Below, piece after piece: positions 47,547 to 58,848 of a stretch of 64,000 nt of DNA. Position 1 is the stretch's first letter; each line of letters starts with the position of its first letter. This DNA comes from Methanomassiliicoccaceae archaeon. Lineage in GTDB: Archaea > Thermoplasmatota > Thermoplasmata > Methanomassiliicoccales > Methanomassiliicoccaceae. The stretch spans positions 160,001 to 224,000 of the forward strand of contig JAXGZN010000001.1 in NCBI GenBank assembly GCA_040776945.1. The letters run 5' to 3'. The position numbers were made by a program, and so were the translations under genes. The notes beneath the pieces were generated by a model that did no database searches, was not told where the DNA came from, and was given only the letters and a program-made list of their open reading frames with translations.

Positions 47547-48077
47547 ATGACCATGTGGAAAGAACTGCCGGTAGGGAGAGATCCACCTAACATCATCAAC
47601 GTCATAGTGGAGACCCCGAAGGGCAGCAAGAACAAATATGAAGTGTCCAAAGACTATGACGCGATCGTGCTGGACAGGGTCCTGCACTCCAGCGTGGTGT
47701 TCCCACTCGAGTATGGAATGGTCCCTCGGACCTTCTATGAGGACGGTGACGCCATTGACGCCATGGTCGTAATGTCGGAGCCCACTTTCACTGGGTGCAT
47801 CGTGGAGGCCCGGCCCATAGGGGTCCTGCGCATGAGGGACGAAAAGGGCGCGGACGATAAGGTGTTGTGCGCCGCGACCAGGGACCCTCGGAACCGTGAG
47901 TATCATGATCTGAGCGACCTTCCCACCCACTACCTGGAAGAGATCGCGGAGTTCTTCCGGACATATAAGCGCCTTGAGGAGGGGAAGAACACCGAGGTCC
48001 TAGGATGGGAGGGCAAGAGGTCCGGTCTCGAGTGCATTCTCAACGGGATGGAACTTTTCAAGAAGAGCTTCGAGTAA
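47547..48077 (+). CDS. ppa: Family I inorganic pyrophosphatase
   Basis: ETPKGSKNKYE, LDRVL, YGMVP.T..EDGDAID, DDKV and FFRTYK.LE. Confidence 0.95.
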   Translation: MTMWKELPVGRDPPNIINVIVETPKGSKNKYEVSKDYDAIVLDRVLHSSVVFPLEYGMVPRTFYEDGDAIDAMVVMSEPTFTGCIVEARPIGVLRMRDEKGADDKVLCAATRDPRNREYHDLSDLPTHYLEEIAEFFRTYKRLEEGKNTEVLGWEGKRSGLECILNGMELFKKSFE

Positions 48078-48099
48078 AAGGAACGGGGGTCGGACCCCC

Positions 48100-48768
48100 T
48101 TACTTCTCATCCCCCCGGCGCTCGACCCTGTAGGTCTCCTTCCTGATCTCAGTCGCTCCCTTGCGTGCGGGCTCAGACATCGAGGGATCTGCACCATGGC
48201 GGCCTTCCCTGCCTGCCCGGCCCTCATGGCCTTTTTGCCCTTTATGCCCCTCGAGCCCCTTCTTGAGACCTGAGCCGATCTCCTTTGTGACGGAGACCGT
48301 TTTACGGATTGCCCGCCCTATCGCCTCTCCGGCACGGCCAGCGATGTCTTCGACCTTCTGGCCGCTCCCCGTTGCCTTGGCCTGTCCAGCCGGCCTGATT
48401 CCGCCTTCCCTGCTGACGTTCTCGCCGGTGGTGATATGTTCGCCTTCATATGCCGGTCTGCCACCTCCGCCGGCTCCGTATTGTCCAGTTTCTGTGGGCG
48501 GCCGAGGCGCGCCCTCTTTGCCCCACATGGCCATCTGGGCCTGCCGGGTCTCCCCCAGGCCGCTATGGGTCCCCTCTCTGGCGAACCCTTGGATCGTTTT
48601 CTCCTGGGGGGTTAGCTGGGGGGCCTCTCTGGTCTCGCCTCCCCGGGAAAGCTGGACCCGTTCCATCTCGAGCTGGGCCCTCATATCCTCGCCACCCTCT
48701 CTCATCATGCGGACACGGTCCTCGTCCTCCAGCTTCCTCCTGATCTCCGCTTGCTTTTGCTCATTCAT
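48100..48768 (-). CDS. Gly/Glu/Arg-rich, probably disordered hydrophilic protein
   Basis: GAGGT SD before ATG 48768; 222 aa, no Cys, very few aromatics, one amphipathic segment AGEAIGRAIRKTVSVTKEIGSGLKKGL. Confidence 0.65.
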   Translation of the reverse strand: MNEQKQAEIRRKLEDEDRVRMMREGGEDMRAQLEMERVQLSRGGETREAPQLTPQEKTIQGFAREGTHSGLGETRQAQMAMWGKEGAPRPPTETGQYGAGGGGRPAYEGEHITTGENVSREGGIRPAGQAKATGSGQKVEDIAGRAGEAIGRAIRKTVSVTKEIGSGLKKGLEGHKGQKGHEGRAGREGRHGADPSMSEPARKGATEIRKETYRVERRGDEK

Positions 48769-49025
48769 GGATGTACCTCTCTTCCGTGATCTTTGCCCTA
48801 GCCTGTGCGTCCCGGCCCGGGGCCGGTTCACCCGACTCTGGAAGATCATCGGCCCGCACTGCCCTGACAACGTAGCTTTTTGGAGCCTACAATATAAACA
48901 ATTTACTGCTATCGCATTAGATATTGCTCAGCCCAGACAAAACAAAATTGATAATAACATATTATAAAATAAATTATATTGCATTGGAATCTTCAATAGG
49001 GCAGGCATCGCCAGGTCAGGGGGCC

Positions 49026-49826
49026 CTAGAACATCTCCAGGGTGCCTTTGCGGCGGGATAGGTGCTCGAACATCAGCATCATGAGGTAGCCGATAAGGAT
49101 GGCAGCCGTCATTACGATCAGCTCTGAGCCGAGAAGACCGCTCACGTCAGCCAGGCTGGCCCCGTCGACCGCCATACGGGCCGCGTCGGTGGCGTAGGTG
49201 ATCGGGAAGATGTACGACACCGGCTGCAGGTACTCCGGAAGCATGCTCACCGGGAAGTTGACCCCGCAGAACAGCAGGCCCAGGAACAGGAATATGTTGG
49301 CCACAACCATAGATGTCCTCAGGTAGAAGCCCAGAGACGATAGCATCAGCCCGAAGCCAACGGTGGCGAAGGCGGTGACCAGGACGACCACGCCCAAGGT
49401 CAGGAAGTCGGCCCTAGAGAAGTCCACGCCGAACACCGCCGCAGCGTAGAACAGCCCTATGGCCACCGTGGCCATGCTGTTCACCACTTGGAACATGGCC
49501 CTGCCTACGAAAAGTGAGAACCTGTTGGCCGGCGTGACCAATATTCCCGGCAGCGTTCCGGCCTCCTTCTCCTCGGTGGTTACGTTGGTGACAGCGAAGA
49601 TGGCCACATATGCGATGCTCTGGATGGCGTTCCCGACCGCGACGTAGGCTACACTGGCCTGAGGATTGCCCACATACATCGATATGTACACGAAGAAGGC
49701 CATCTGGAACAGGGACATGGTGAACATCTGCATGAGCCACAGTCCCGGCGATAACCATGCGAAGAGCGCTTTCTTGGCTATGACCGCCGAGGACCAGAAG
49801 ACCCTGGCCGATCTAATGATGTTCAT
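49026..49826 (-). CDS. ABC-2 type exporter permease
   Basis: About six TMs, EKEAGTL..ILVTP and GVNFPVSMLP. Confidence 0.88.
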   Translation of the reverse strand: MNIIRSARVFWSSAVIAKKALFAWLSPGLWLMQMFTMSLFQMAFFVYISMYVGNPQASVAYVAVGNAIQSIAYVAIFAVTNVTTEEKEAGTLPGILVTPANRFSLFVGRAMFQVVNSMATVAIGLFYAAAVFGVDFSRADFLTLGVVVLVTAFATVGFGLMLSSLGFYLRTSMVVANIFLFLGLLFCGVNFPVSMLPEYLQPVSYIFPITYATDAARMAVDGASLADVSGLLGSELIVMTAAILIGYLMMLMFEHLSRRKGTLEMF

Positions 49827-49827
49827 T

Positions 49828-50635
49828 TCAGATCCTCCCCAGATTGCCGTCGATCCTGGCCCGGCGGTCCACGACCCTGAAGAGGTTGAAGGCGATGACC
49901 AGGTAGGCTAGGGCCATGATGATGACCACGGCTATGTCCACCATGAACGCGGAACCGGGGTCCAGGGTTCCAACGAACCCGTCCCAGAGGCCCTGTGGGT
50001 TGTATCCGGCGGCGATGCGGATGGCATCGATGCCCCACGAGGGGGCGAGCGACAGCGACAGCGGGCCGGCCCAGAACGGAAGGATGGCGATCGGGTACAT
50101 GCACCCGGTGGCCACATAGATGGGGAACTCCAGACCGTTGGTCAGCACGCCCGCCTGGCGGGTGAGGACGAAGGCAGAGCTGAACACCAGGCCCAGGGCG
50201 GCCAGGGACAGCAAGGTGATGAGGAACGCAAGCAAGAACATCGGCAGATCGGCAACGGTCACCGGAGCATGGAGGACGAACACCGCGACGACCAGGATGG
50301 CGACGCCGTTAACTATACCGATCAAGGCGTTCCATATGGTCCTCCCGGCGATGATCCATATAAGCGGCGTGGGCACGGCTAGGATCGACTCCAGAGTGCC
50401 CCACCATCTCTCCGACTGTATAGAATAACCAGATGCGTACAGCGTGTTTCCCCACATCCCCATCATGCCCCCGCCCAGAACGGCGTACATGACGATCGGG
50501 CCCTCGTTGCTGCTGTACAGCATCAGCGCCACCAGGGTTATGACGAAGGGCAATATGATGTTGGGGATCAGCCATCCCGGGTCGGACAGGAAATGCCTGG
50601 CCTGGTGCTCGAAGGCCGCCTTCACCGCCCGCATC

Positions 50636-50643
<8 letters not shown>
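49828..50643 (-). CDS. ABC-2 type exporter permease
   Basis: ERWWGTLE.IL..P and G.MYPI..LP.W. Confidence 0.88.
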
Positions 50644-51610
<967 letters not shown>

Positions 51611-51792
51611 GGCCTGGCCGGCGACGCTTTGTTGTTATTAAACGATATCGCAGGTGGCATCTTGTCGAGACGCGGCGATCGCCGAGGCCGTTCGGACCAC
51701 CGGTCATCAAGGATAGCCGTTCATGGTCCCATTTCCGGGTAAGATGCGAGGTTATCGCAGTTTATATAGGTCCGGGTGAAATATTCGAAAGC

Positions 51793-52125
51793 ATGGCTGA
51801 ACTTCTCGACATCACGGTAGGTTTCATTATCGCACTGATCGTCAGCTCGATCATAATCTGGTTCGTGGCAAAGATCACTGGGGAGAAGGAGGGCATCGGG
51901 ACCGCGTTTCTGGCCGCGTTGGTCGGTGCGATCATATACGCCATTGTATACTTTCTGCTGGGCAACGGACTACTTGCAGCGATCGTAGGAGGCATCATAT
52001 GGCTGCTAGCGCTGAAGGCGCTTTACAAGATCGGATGGCTCAAGGCCCTGCTCATCGCTATCCTCATCTGGATAATCACCGCGATCGTTGGGATCTTCCT
52101 CCCTACGCTAGCCGGCCCTTTGTAG
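51793..52125 (+). CDS. Small four-TM membrane protein
   Basis: 110 aa, almost entirely hydrophobic; TTTATATA box upstream. Confidence 0.75.
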   Translation: MAELLDITVGFIIALIVSSIIIWFVAKITGEKEGIGTAFLAALVGAIIYAIVYFLLGNGLLAAIVGGIIWLLALKALYKIGWLKALLIAILIWIITAIVGIFLPTLAGPL

Positions 52126-52214
52126 ATGGGCCCTGGGAACCACATAGGGCCTGCAGGGGCCCTTCCTCACATCGATGACCGGGCCTGAGGAACGTCGTGC
52201 CCGGAGCGTTTCGT

Positions 52215-52763
52215 TCAAAGCGATCTTCCCACTGACCTGGCCTCCTCCATGAGGTCCTTACGGTTTCGAGCTGCCGAGGGATCGTTCCCGGCCACCATGT
52301 GGATCCCCCCGACCTTAAGGAAGCCGTAGGTCGTCAGGAGCTTGTCGAAGTCCGTCAGGACGTTATTGAACGCCTGAACGTCCGGATTCCCCTGGCTGGT
52401 GATGACCACTGCCTTCTTTCCCTTAGGCAGCTTCACCGTGAAATCGGGGTTGAGGAACATATACAGCCGGTCGATGAACGTCCGGAACTGGCTGGTGAAC
52501 TCCCAGTAGTAGAGGGGGGACCCAAACACCACGGCGTCCGCCGTCTTCATCGATTCCATCAAGCGTGAGATATCATCATCCTGGTGGCAGCGGTCATGGG
52601 TCTTACAATACATGCAGGCTTGGCACCCTTTGCCATCCATCTGGTTGAGATAGTAGGTCTCGACCTGGTATCCGTTCTCCGATGCGGCGCTCAAAACCTC
52701 TCTGACCAAAGTGTCAGTGTTGCCGTCCTTGCGGGGGCTTGCTATGATGCCTATGGCCTTCAT
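52215..52763 (-). CDS. Iron-sulfur flavoprotein (flavodoxin-fold, Isf family)
   Basis: ASPRKDGNT, CQACMYCKTHDRC, GSPLY and FIDR. Confidence 0.88.
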   Translation of the reverse strand: MKAIGIIASPRKDGNTDTLVREVLSAASENGYQVETYYLNQMDGKGCQACMYCKTHDRCHQDDDISRLMESMKTADAVVFGSPLYYWEFTSQFRTFIDRLYMFLNPDFTVKLPKGKKAVVITSQGNPDVQAFNNVLTDFDKLLTTYGFLKVGGIHMVAGNDPSAARNRKDLMEEARSVGRSL

Positions 52764-52941
52764 TCCGATCGTTCCCGAAAGGTTCTCTCCATTACATTAA
52801 TGACCGCCTCGGGTCCGCCGTCATGAGACGCAGGGAAGAGCACCTTCAGCCGGTTCTTACAAGGCGATGACGCATCGATCTGCGGTGATAGCTTTAATTT
52901 CCAGAAAACGATAATGCTTGTGCAGGGAGGATAGGAGCGAA

Positions 52942-53406
52942 ATGAGGGTTCTGATGGTCTACGACACAGTCTCTGATGCTAAGGTCACCGGGCAGGTCGC
53001 TGAAACTATCGTTGCGGCGATGAGGGAGGCCTCCATGCAGGTAGAGGCATACCTGACGGAGGACGCGGACAAAGCCAGCATAAAGGACTTTGACTGCCTA
53101 GTGGTAGGGGCCCCTACCATGGCATGGAGGCCATCGAAGCGAATGAAGGCCTATTTGACAGGTCTCGCGGCGAACGATCACACGGGTAAAAAGGCCGCAG
53201 CCTTTGACACTCAAATAAGATCGAGCGTCAGCGGTAATGCCACCAAGCACATGGAAAGAAGCCTGACCGCCATGGGCTTCAAGATAGTCGCTCCTGCCCT
53301 GATCGCATATGTCGAGAGCAAGGACCATGCGTACCGCCTCAAGAACGGGGAGATGGAAAAAGCGAGGAACTGGGGAAAGGAGCTGGCCCGGATCTTGACG
53401 AAATAG
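52942..53406 (+). CDS. Flavodoxin-domain protein
   Basis: YDT...TGQVAE, VVGAPT, AAAFDT and ARNWGKEL. Confidence 0.8.
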   Translation: MRVLMVYDTVSDAKVTGQVAETIVAAMREASMQVEAYLTEDADKASIKDFDCLVVGAPTMAWRPSKRMKAYLTGLAANDHTGKKAAAFDTQIRSSVSGNATKHMERSLTAMGFKIVAPALIAYVESKDHAYRLKNGEMEKARNWGKELARILTK

Positions 53407-53757
53407 GGTTTTCTGAATGGTCTGAACGGAACAGGCTGATGGGCGCCTGCAGCAATGGAGGCCATTGATCCCTAGGGCTTCCGGAGCTGACCGTGGACCC
53501 GACCGCCATGCTCACCTGATCGGATGCTTCGGTCAAGCCGCTCGAAGCTCACACGGCTACCGGGCACTTATAAAAGGTCGCAAGAACCGCCTCCCCATTG
53601 CCCGTTGACGACAGCCGGAACCTCCGCTTGGCCATGATCGTGCGCAATGTTCCAACATCCATCGGGATGCATTGCCCTTGGCCAGCCAGGTAAGGAAATC
53701 AAGGGGCGGTGGGGGCGCTATCGCTAAATACGGCAAGTGTAGAAAGCAAGGTGATGG

Positions 53758-56301
53758 ATGAGCGAAGATGCGAAGGGTCCTGCAAACGGTAAAGAACAGG
53801 AATTGCAGGACTCGGCCCAGGTCCTTGAGACAAGGACCATGGATGAGGCGTTCGAGCGCCTCTCGAGCAGCGAGAGGGGCCTGAGCGATGAGGATGTTAA
53901 AGAACGGCGCGAAAAGTATGGGCCCAATGAGATAACGGAGAAAAGGGTCGGCCCGCTGCGCAAGTTCTTGGGATACTTCTGGGGCCCCATCCCGATCATG
54001 ATCATCGTGGCCGTCGTCCTCTCTGCGATCATCGGCCACTGGGACGATTTCTTCATCATCCTAGCACTTCTGTTCGTTAACGCCATAGTCGGATTCTATC
54101 AGGAGAACAAGGCGACCGACGCCATAGAGCTTCTGAAGGAACGTCTTGCACCGGAGGCCAGGGTCCTGCGGAATGGCGAGTGGAGCAATTTGCCGTCTCG
54201 GGAACTGGTCCCGGGGGACGTCGTCCGTGTGCGCCTGGGAGACATAGTTCCCGCCGACATCAAGCTCTTCCAGGGCGATTATCTGGAGGTCGACCAATCG
54301 GCACTGACCGGAGAGTCTCTGCCAGTGGACAAGAAGAACGGCAATGTGGCGTTCTCCGGCTCCATCATCCGCAAGGGAGAGATGAACGGCCTCGTGTTCG
54401 CCACCGGCCTTAACACCTTCTTCGGACGAACCGCCAAGCTGGTGGGAGAGGCCAAAACCATCAGCCATTTCCAGCGAAACGTGATGAAGATCGGGGACTA
54501 CCTCATCGTTCTTGACGTAATACTGGTCGCATTGGTCTTCATCATGGCCATCCTGCGCCACCAGAGCCTCTTGGAGACCTTGCAGTTCGCCCTGGTCCTG
54601 ACCATAGCCGCCATACCAGTGGCCCTGCCTGCGGTGCTCTCGGTGACCATGGCAGTAGGCGCCATCGCACTGGCGAAGAAGGAGGCGATTGTCAGCAGAC
54701 TGATCGCCATCGAGGAGATGGCGGGCATGGACATCCTATGCTCGGACAAGACCGGCACCATAACCCAGAACCTGCTGAGCGTGGCCAAGGTGATCACCTA
54801 TGGAGACACCTCCGAGGCCGAGGTCCTGACCGAGGCCGCACTTGCTTCCAGGACCGAGGACGAGGACCCCATAGACAACGCCATAATAAAGAGGGCGGAG
54901 GACACCCAAGGGGTCAAAGAAAGTATGGCGGAATACAGGGTAACGGGCTTCACCCCCTTCGATCCGGTAATTAAGCACACCGAGGCCGTTTTGGAAGGGA
55001 AGGGGGGAGAGATCAAGGTGGCCAAGGGAGCTCCCCAGGCCATCTTGGAGATGTCGGCCAACAAGGGCCCCATAGGCGATAAGGTAAATAAGGACGTCCA
55101 AGACCTGGCTTCCCTCGGATACCGTGCCCTTGGTGTCGCGAGGGCAACGGACGGAAGATGGCAGTTCACGGGGCTCATCGGGCTCCACGACCCTCCTCGC
55201 GAGGATTCAAAAAGGACGATAAGTGCGGCCGAAAGGATGGGACTGGACGTCAAGATGGTCACCGGGGACCATACGGATATTGCCAAGGAGATAGCCAAGG
55301 AGGTCGACATGGATCCGAACATCCTTCCCGCGAGCTCCTTCATCGATGCTCCGGACGACAAGGCCGGGGACATGGCGGAAAGGGCCGATGGGTTCGCCGA
55401 GGTGTTCCCTGAGCATAAGTTCCGCATAGTCAAGCTTCTCCAGGACAGAGGCCATATAGTAGGAATGACCGGAGATGGGGTCAATGATGCCCCGGCCCTT
55501 AAGAAGGCGGACGCGGGGATCGCAGTGGAGGGATCCACGGACGCTGCTAAATCAGCGGCGGACATCGTGCTCACGCGTCCCGGCCTGAGCGTGATAGTCG
55601 ATGCCATCATCGAGAGCAGGAAGATATTCCAGCGGATGATCAACTATTCCATCTACCGCATCTCGGAGACCTTCCGGGTATTGATATTCGTCACCATTTC
55701 CATATTAATATTCCAATTTTACCCGATAACCGCATTGATGATCGTTCTTCTGGCATTGTTGAACGATCTTCCTATCCTTACCATAGCCTTCGACAACGTG
55801 CGATTCTCGGCCAAGCCGGAAAAATGGGACATGCGGATCATCATCCTGGTGGGTTCGTATCTCGGAGCGATAGGGGTGGCCCAATCATTGGTCATCATGT
55901 ATATTGGCCTTGAGGTCTTTCATCTGAACCTATCGGTGCTCCAATCCTACATCTACCTGGTGCTTTCCGTTGGCGGGCACCTGGTCCTCCTGGCCGCCCG
56001 TACTAAAGGCCCGTTCTGGTCGGTGAGACCCGCGCCCAGGCTCCTGTGGGCCATCATACTGACCCAGTTGACAGCGACCATACTCGTGCTCTTCGGAATA
56101 TTATTGCCTCAACTGGACCCTATCTACGTCGCGTTCATATGGGGCCAAGGGCTTCTTACCTTCCTCATTGTGGACTCCACCAAGGTCATGCTGTACAAGT
56201 ATCTGATCAAGAAGGGACTTGTAGGAAAAGGCATCTCGGACCCTGAGAGCATCGGCAAGGAAGGAAAAAGACCGGTCGCTGCCGATGTGGCTGAGCGATA
56301 G
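53758..56301 (+). CDS. P3A-type plasma-membrane proton-efflux P-type ATPase
   Basis: FWGPIP, TGES, IPVALPAV, CSDKTGT, KGAP, TGD, GDGVNDAP and LLNDLP (proton-site Asp). Confidence 0.92.
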   Translation: MSEDAKGPANGKEQELQDSAQVLETRTMDEAFERLSSSERGLSDEDVKERREKYGPNEITEKRVGPLRKFLGYFWGPIPIMIIVAVVLSAIIGHWDDFFIILALLFVNAIVGFYQENKATDAIELLKERLAPEARVLRNGEWSNLPSRELVPGDVVRVRLGDIVPADIKLFQGDYLEVDQSALTGESLPVDKKNGNVAFSGSIIRKGEMNGLVFATGLNTFFGRTAKLVGEAKTISHFQRNVMKIGDYLIVLDVILVALVFIMAILRHQSLLETLQFALVLTIAAIPVALPAVLSVTMAVGAIALAKKEAIVSRLIAIEEMAGMDILCSDKTGTITQNLLSVAKVITYGDTSEAEVLTEAALASRTEDEDPIDNAIIKRAEDTQGVKESMAEYRVTGFTPFDPVIKHTEAVLEGKGGEIKVAKGAPQAILEMSANKGPIGDKVNKDVQDLASLGYRALGVARATDGRWQFTGLIGLHDPPREDSKRTISAAERMGLDVKMVTGDHTDIAKEIAKEVDMDPNILPASSFIDAPDDKAGDMAERADGFAEVFPEHKFRIVKLLQDRGHIVGMTGDGVNDAPALKKADAGIAVEGSTDAAKSAADIVLTRPGLSVIVDAIIESRKIFQRMINYSIYRISETFRVLIFVTISILIFQFYPITALMIVLLALLNDLPILTIAFDNVRFSAKPEKWDMRIIILVGSYLGAIGVAQSLVIMYIGLEVFHLNLSVLQSYIYLVLSVGGHLVLLAARTKGPFWSVRPAPRLLWAIILTQLTATILVLFGILLPQLDPIYVAFIWGQGLLTFLIVDSTKVMLYKYLIKKGLVGKGISDPESIGKEGKRPVAADVAER

Positions 56302-56761
56302 TGCGGGGGAGCATCATCTCCTGCACGCCGCGACCTCTGGAACTGATGGAGAACTATGCGGTCCTGGCATGACAGCAGCATCTCGTGCTGGGCCTGCGCC
56401 CGCTTCTTCAAGAGCCGCAGATCCGATAGGGCTCTGGGCCCTGCCTGATCGGGACGACTTCCGTCAGGTGGTCTTGTAAAAACCATAGATAACTTTCATG
56501 CAGTGGCAGGTGTCCCATGGCCGTCGAGGATGGCGACCGTGCTCGGTCGGCCGTTGAAGGGCGGTACATGCCGTCATGCCTTAAGGCAAGAAGATGGAGG
56601 ACAGGCCTTCCCTTGCGTTTCGTGGACCGTTGAGCGAGGACGGAACAGGGAGCCAGGGAACACAGGTGCGTTACCGTGCCGTGAGCCAGGCGATGGATGT
56701 TTTGAGCCATCATTCCCATTGTGGAGCGTAAAGATGATGCGGGCATCGGTCCTGGACCGGA

Positions 56762-57565
56762 TCAACCGAACGGACCGCAATTGCTCCGCCAATTGCGAAA
56801 GATGTACCATATTCCAGAGATTATGTCGCTGCCGCTTGAATGGCCATACTTGGTGAGATCATAAGCGGCTTGACCGATCTTTCCGTTCCCCAACATCGCA
56901 TCCCCCAACCTCTTCACCGGAAGCGCGTACTGGCCGTCGAGGGCATCGAGCAGAATGGTCCGGGAAAGAGGATTTTCATAGGCCTCCACTATACCGCGGA
57001 CCTCCTGGACGCTTGACCCTACCAGTTCGTGGGCGAGGATGATGCCTAAGATGAAGTCGTCCCCCGAGGGCGTGAGCCCATAGCCCAGACCAAGCATCCT
57101 TCGGGCAAGCTCGATCGGCCCGGGGGACCCCTCGAGCAACGACGCTTGCTTCCTGGCCATCCACCCCTCCATCCCCTCCGGCGCTTCGGCCCGGCCAAGG
57201 TGCATGAGGAGCGGGGTCGTCATGCTCATCCTCTTCTTAACGATGAATGGGGTCAAGGAACGGAGGCATGGGACCATATCGAGCGGGCCGGACGGTTCCA
57301 GGGCCAGGTCCTTGGGCTCGCAGAGCTGCACGGAGTAGTTCCCCGCGTCAAGAACACCGTCGACCATGGCGGCGTGGTCCGAGCGCGGCATCTCCTCGAT
57401 CTCCACCACTATGCTCGAAGGGGCCGCGGTCCCCTCTTTATTGGTCAGGGTGACCGTTCTGTTGCCGAAGAGGAAGGCGCACGCTTTCTTAGAGCGGAGC
57501 AGCATCGTCCCCTTGCCCGATCTGGCGACCCGGTTGCCGCAGAACATCGAGCCGAGCGTCAACAT
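56762..57565 (-). CDS. DUF2877 protein (YahE/YlbF(AllH)-like)
   Basis: LGLGYGLTPSGDDFILG and GHSSGSD motifs. Confidence 0.85.
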   Translation of the reverse strand: MLTLGSMFCGNRVARSGKGTMLLRSKKACAFLFGNRTVTLTNKEGTAAPSSIVVEIEEMPRSDHAAMVDGVLDAGNYSVQLCEPKDLALEPSGPLDMVPCLRSLTPFIVKKRMSMTTPLLMHLGRAEAPEGMEGWMARKQASLLEGSPGPIELARRMLGLGYGLTPSGDDFILGIILAHELVGSSVQEVRGIVEAYENPLSRTILLDALDGQYALPVKRLGDAMLGNGKIGQAAYDLTKYGHSSGSDIISGIWYIFRNWRSNCGPFG

Positions 57566-57567
57566 AG

Positions 57568-58848
57568 CTACAGTCCGTATCGCGAAGCGTACCTCCTCAG
57601 GGCATCATTGAACGCTTCCATCGGCGCGTGCGATATGCCGCCCCCGATCTGTCCGACCCCCGGTTTCTTGGCAGCGATCCCGGTGTTCGACTTGGGCAGG
57701 AGGCCGGTGCGGTTCACCTTGATCATGTCTATGCCAAGGGGGCAGCCCTTGAAGTTCAGCGACGGGATCATGAAGTCCCTGTTAACCCCGTGACAGACCT
57801 TGTAACCGTCCATGGTCATCTGGACGGCATCCTGGACCGTGCCGCCAACGAACCTCGTCACGGCGGGCGACGCGGCCGACGCATATCCGCCCAGCCCCAT
57901 GACCTCCATGATCGCGCTGTCCCCGAAATCCCCTGCGGCGTCGGATTCGCTGAAACCTGGGAAGTACAGTCCTTTGGGGATCACCACGGGCCCCACGAAC
58001 CATTCTCCTTTCAGGCCGCTGATGCCGATGCCGTAACCGACGCCGTTCCTCGTCAACCTGGTGACTATGGTGCTGTTCTCGATCCCGTCAGCGGGATCTG
58101 CCAGTGCCTTCATGGCAGGCATGGCGAGGTTCAGGTAGTACTGCTCCCTGTCGCTGATGAACTTGATGACCTCCTTGCCTTCCGGCTGGTCCAGCAGGCC
58201 ATCTAGGACTGTCCTCAAGAACAACAGGCTCGAGGCATCATATCGCTCGTGGAGCTCATCACCCATCACCAGGCCCTTGGAGACGATGACCTTCAGATCG
58301 ATGGGGCTCTTCTTGACCACCTTCCTCAGCGCCGGGGCCAGCACGTCGTTCATCCATTGCAACCGCTTCAGCACCTCTTCGTCCCAGCCGCCGAAGCGAA
58401 GGATCTTGCCCCTTCCCTCGTGAAGGTTGCAGTAGGCTCGATTGCCAAAGGTCGGGTTCTCCACCACGCATACCATTTTCCCAGGCGTCACTATCCCGGC
58501 CATGGGCGCCACCGTGGAGTGCTCGTGACAAGGGGAGAACTCCAGCTCCCCGCTCCTGGCCAGCTCGTCCGCTTGCTTCAGGTCCTTGGCCTTGCCTTCG
58601 AACACCAGCGATCCCTGTACGGCAGCCTGCATGGGTGCGATCATCTTCTCATATTCAATGGGAGGGCCGGCGTGGAGGACAGTGTTGTCCTTCATTCCGG
58701 GGATCACGTTCTTGGCAAGGTCGAAATCGACCAGCATGGCGCGGCCCTTGTTCATCCTGTCCACTGCCTTGTCGTTCGCTTCGGCGATCCTGTCCATCAC
58801 CGCGGTAGAGGGCCGCTCCTTGTGGGCCGTTGTGGATGAGGGGGTCAT
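57568..58848 (-). CDS. DUF1116 protein (YahG/YlbE(AllG)-like)
   Basis: LHAGPPI, PCHE...PMAG, MGDELH, RNG, GDSAI and NTGIA...G.GQIGGG; start by ATGA coupling at 58848. Confidence 0.88.
   Translation of the reverse strand: MTPSSTTAHKERPSTAVMDRIAEANDKAVDRMNKGRAMLVDFDLAKNVIPGMKDNTVLHAGPPIEYEKMIAPMQAAVQGSLVFEGKAKDLKQADELARSGELEFSPCHEHSTVAPMAGIVTPGKMVCVVENPTFGNRAYCNLHEGRGKILRFGGWDEEVLKRLQWMNDVLAPALRKVVKKSPIDLKVIVSKGLVMGDELHERYDASSLLFLRTVLDGLLDQPEGKEVIKFISDREQYYLNLAMPAMKALADPADGIENSTIVTRLTRNGVGYGIGISGLKGEWFVGPVVIPKGLYFPGFSESDAAGDFGDSAIMEVMGLGGYASAASPAVTRFVGGTVQDAVQMTMDGYKVCHGVNRDFMIPSLNFKGCPLGIDMIKVNRTGLLPKSNTGIAAKKPGVGQIGGGISHAPMEAFNDALRRYASRYGL

Noticed and set aside
48890-48990. AT-rich tract as a replication-origin unwinding element
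   Set aside because: No ORB-like repeats and no cdc6/orc1 gene are in the window.
56299-56346. Pyrrolysine read-through extensions after TAG stops (H+-ATPase, porB, lysS and others)
   Set aside because: The proteins are already complete at the TAG. The H+-ATPase extension is short and overlaps a terminator-like hairpin, and other TAG stops abut or overlap neighbouring genes.
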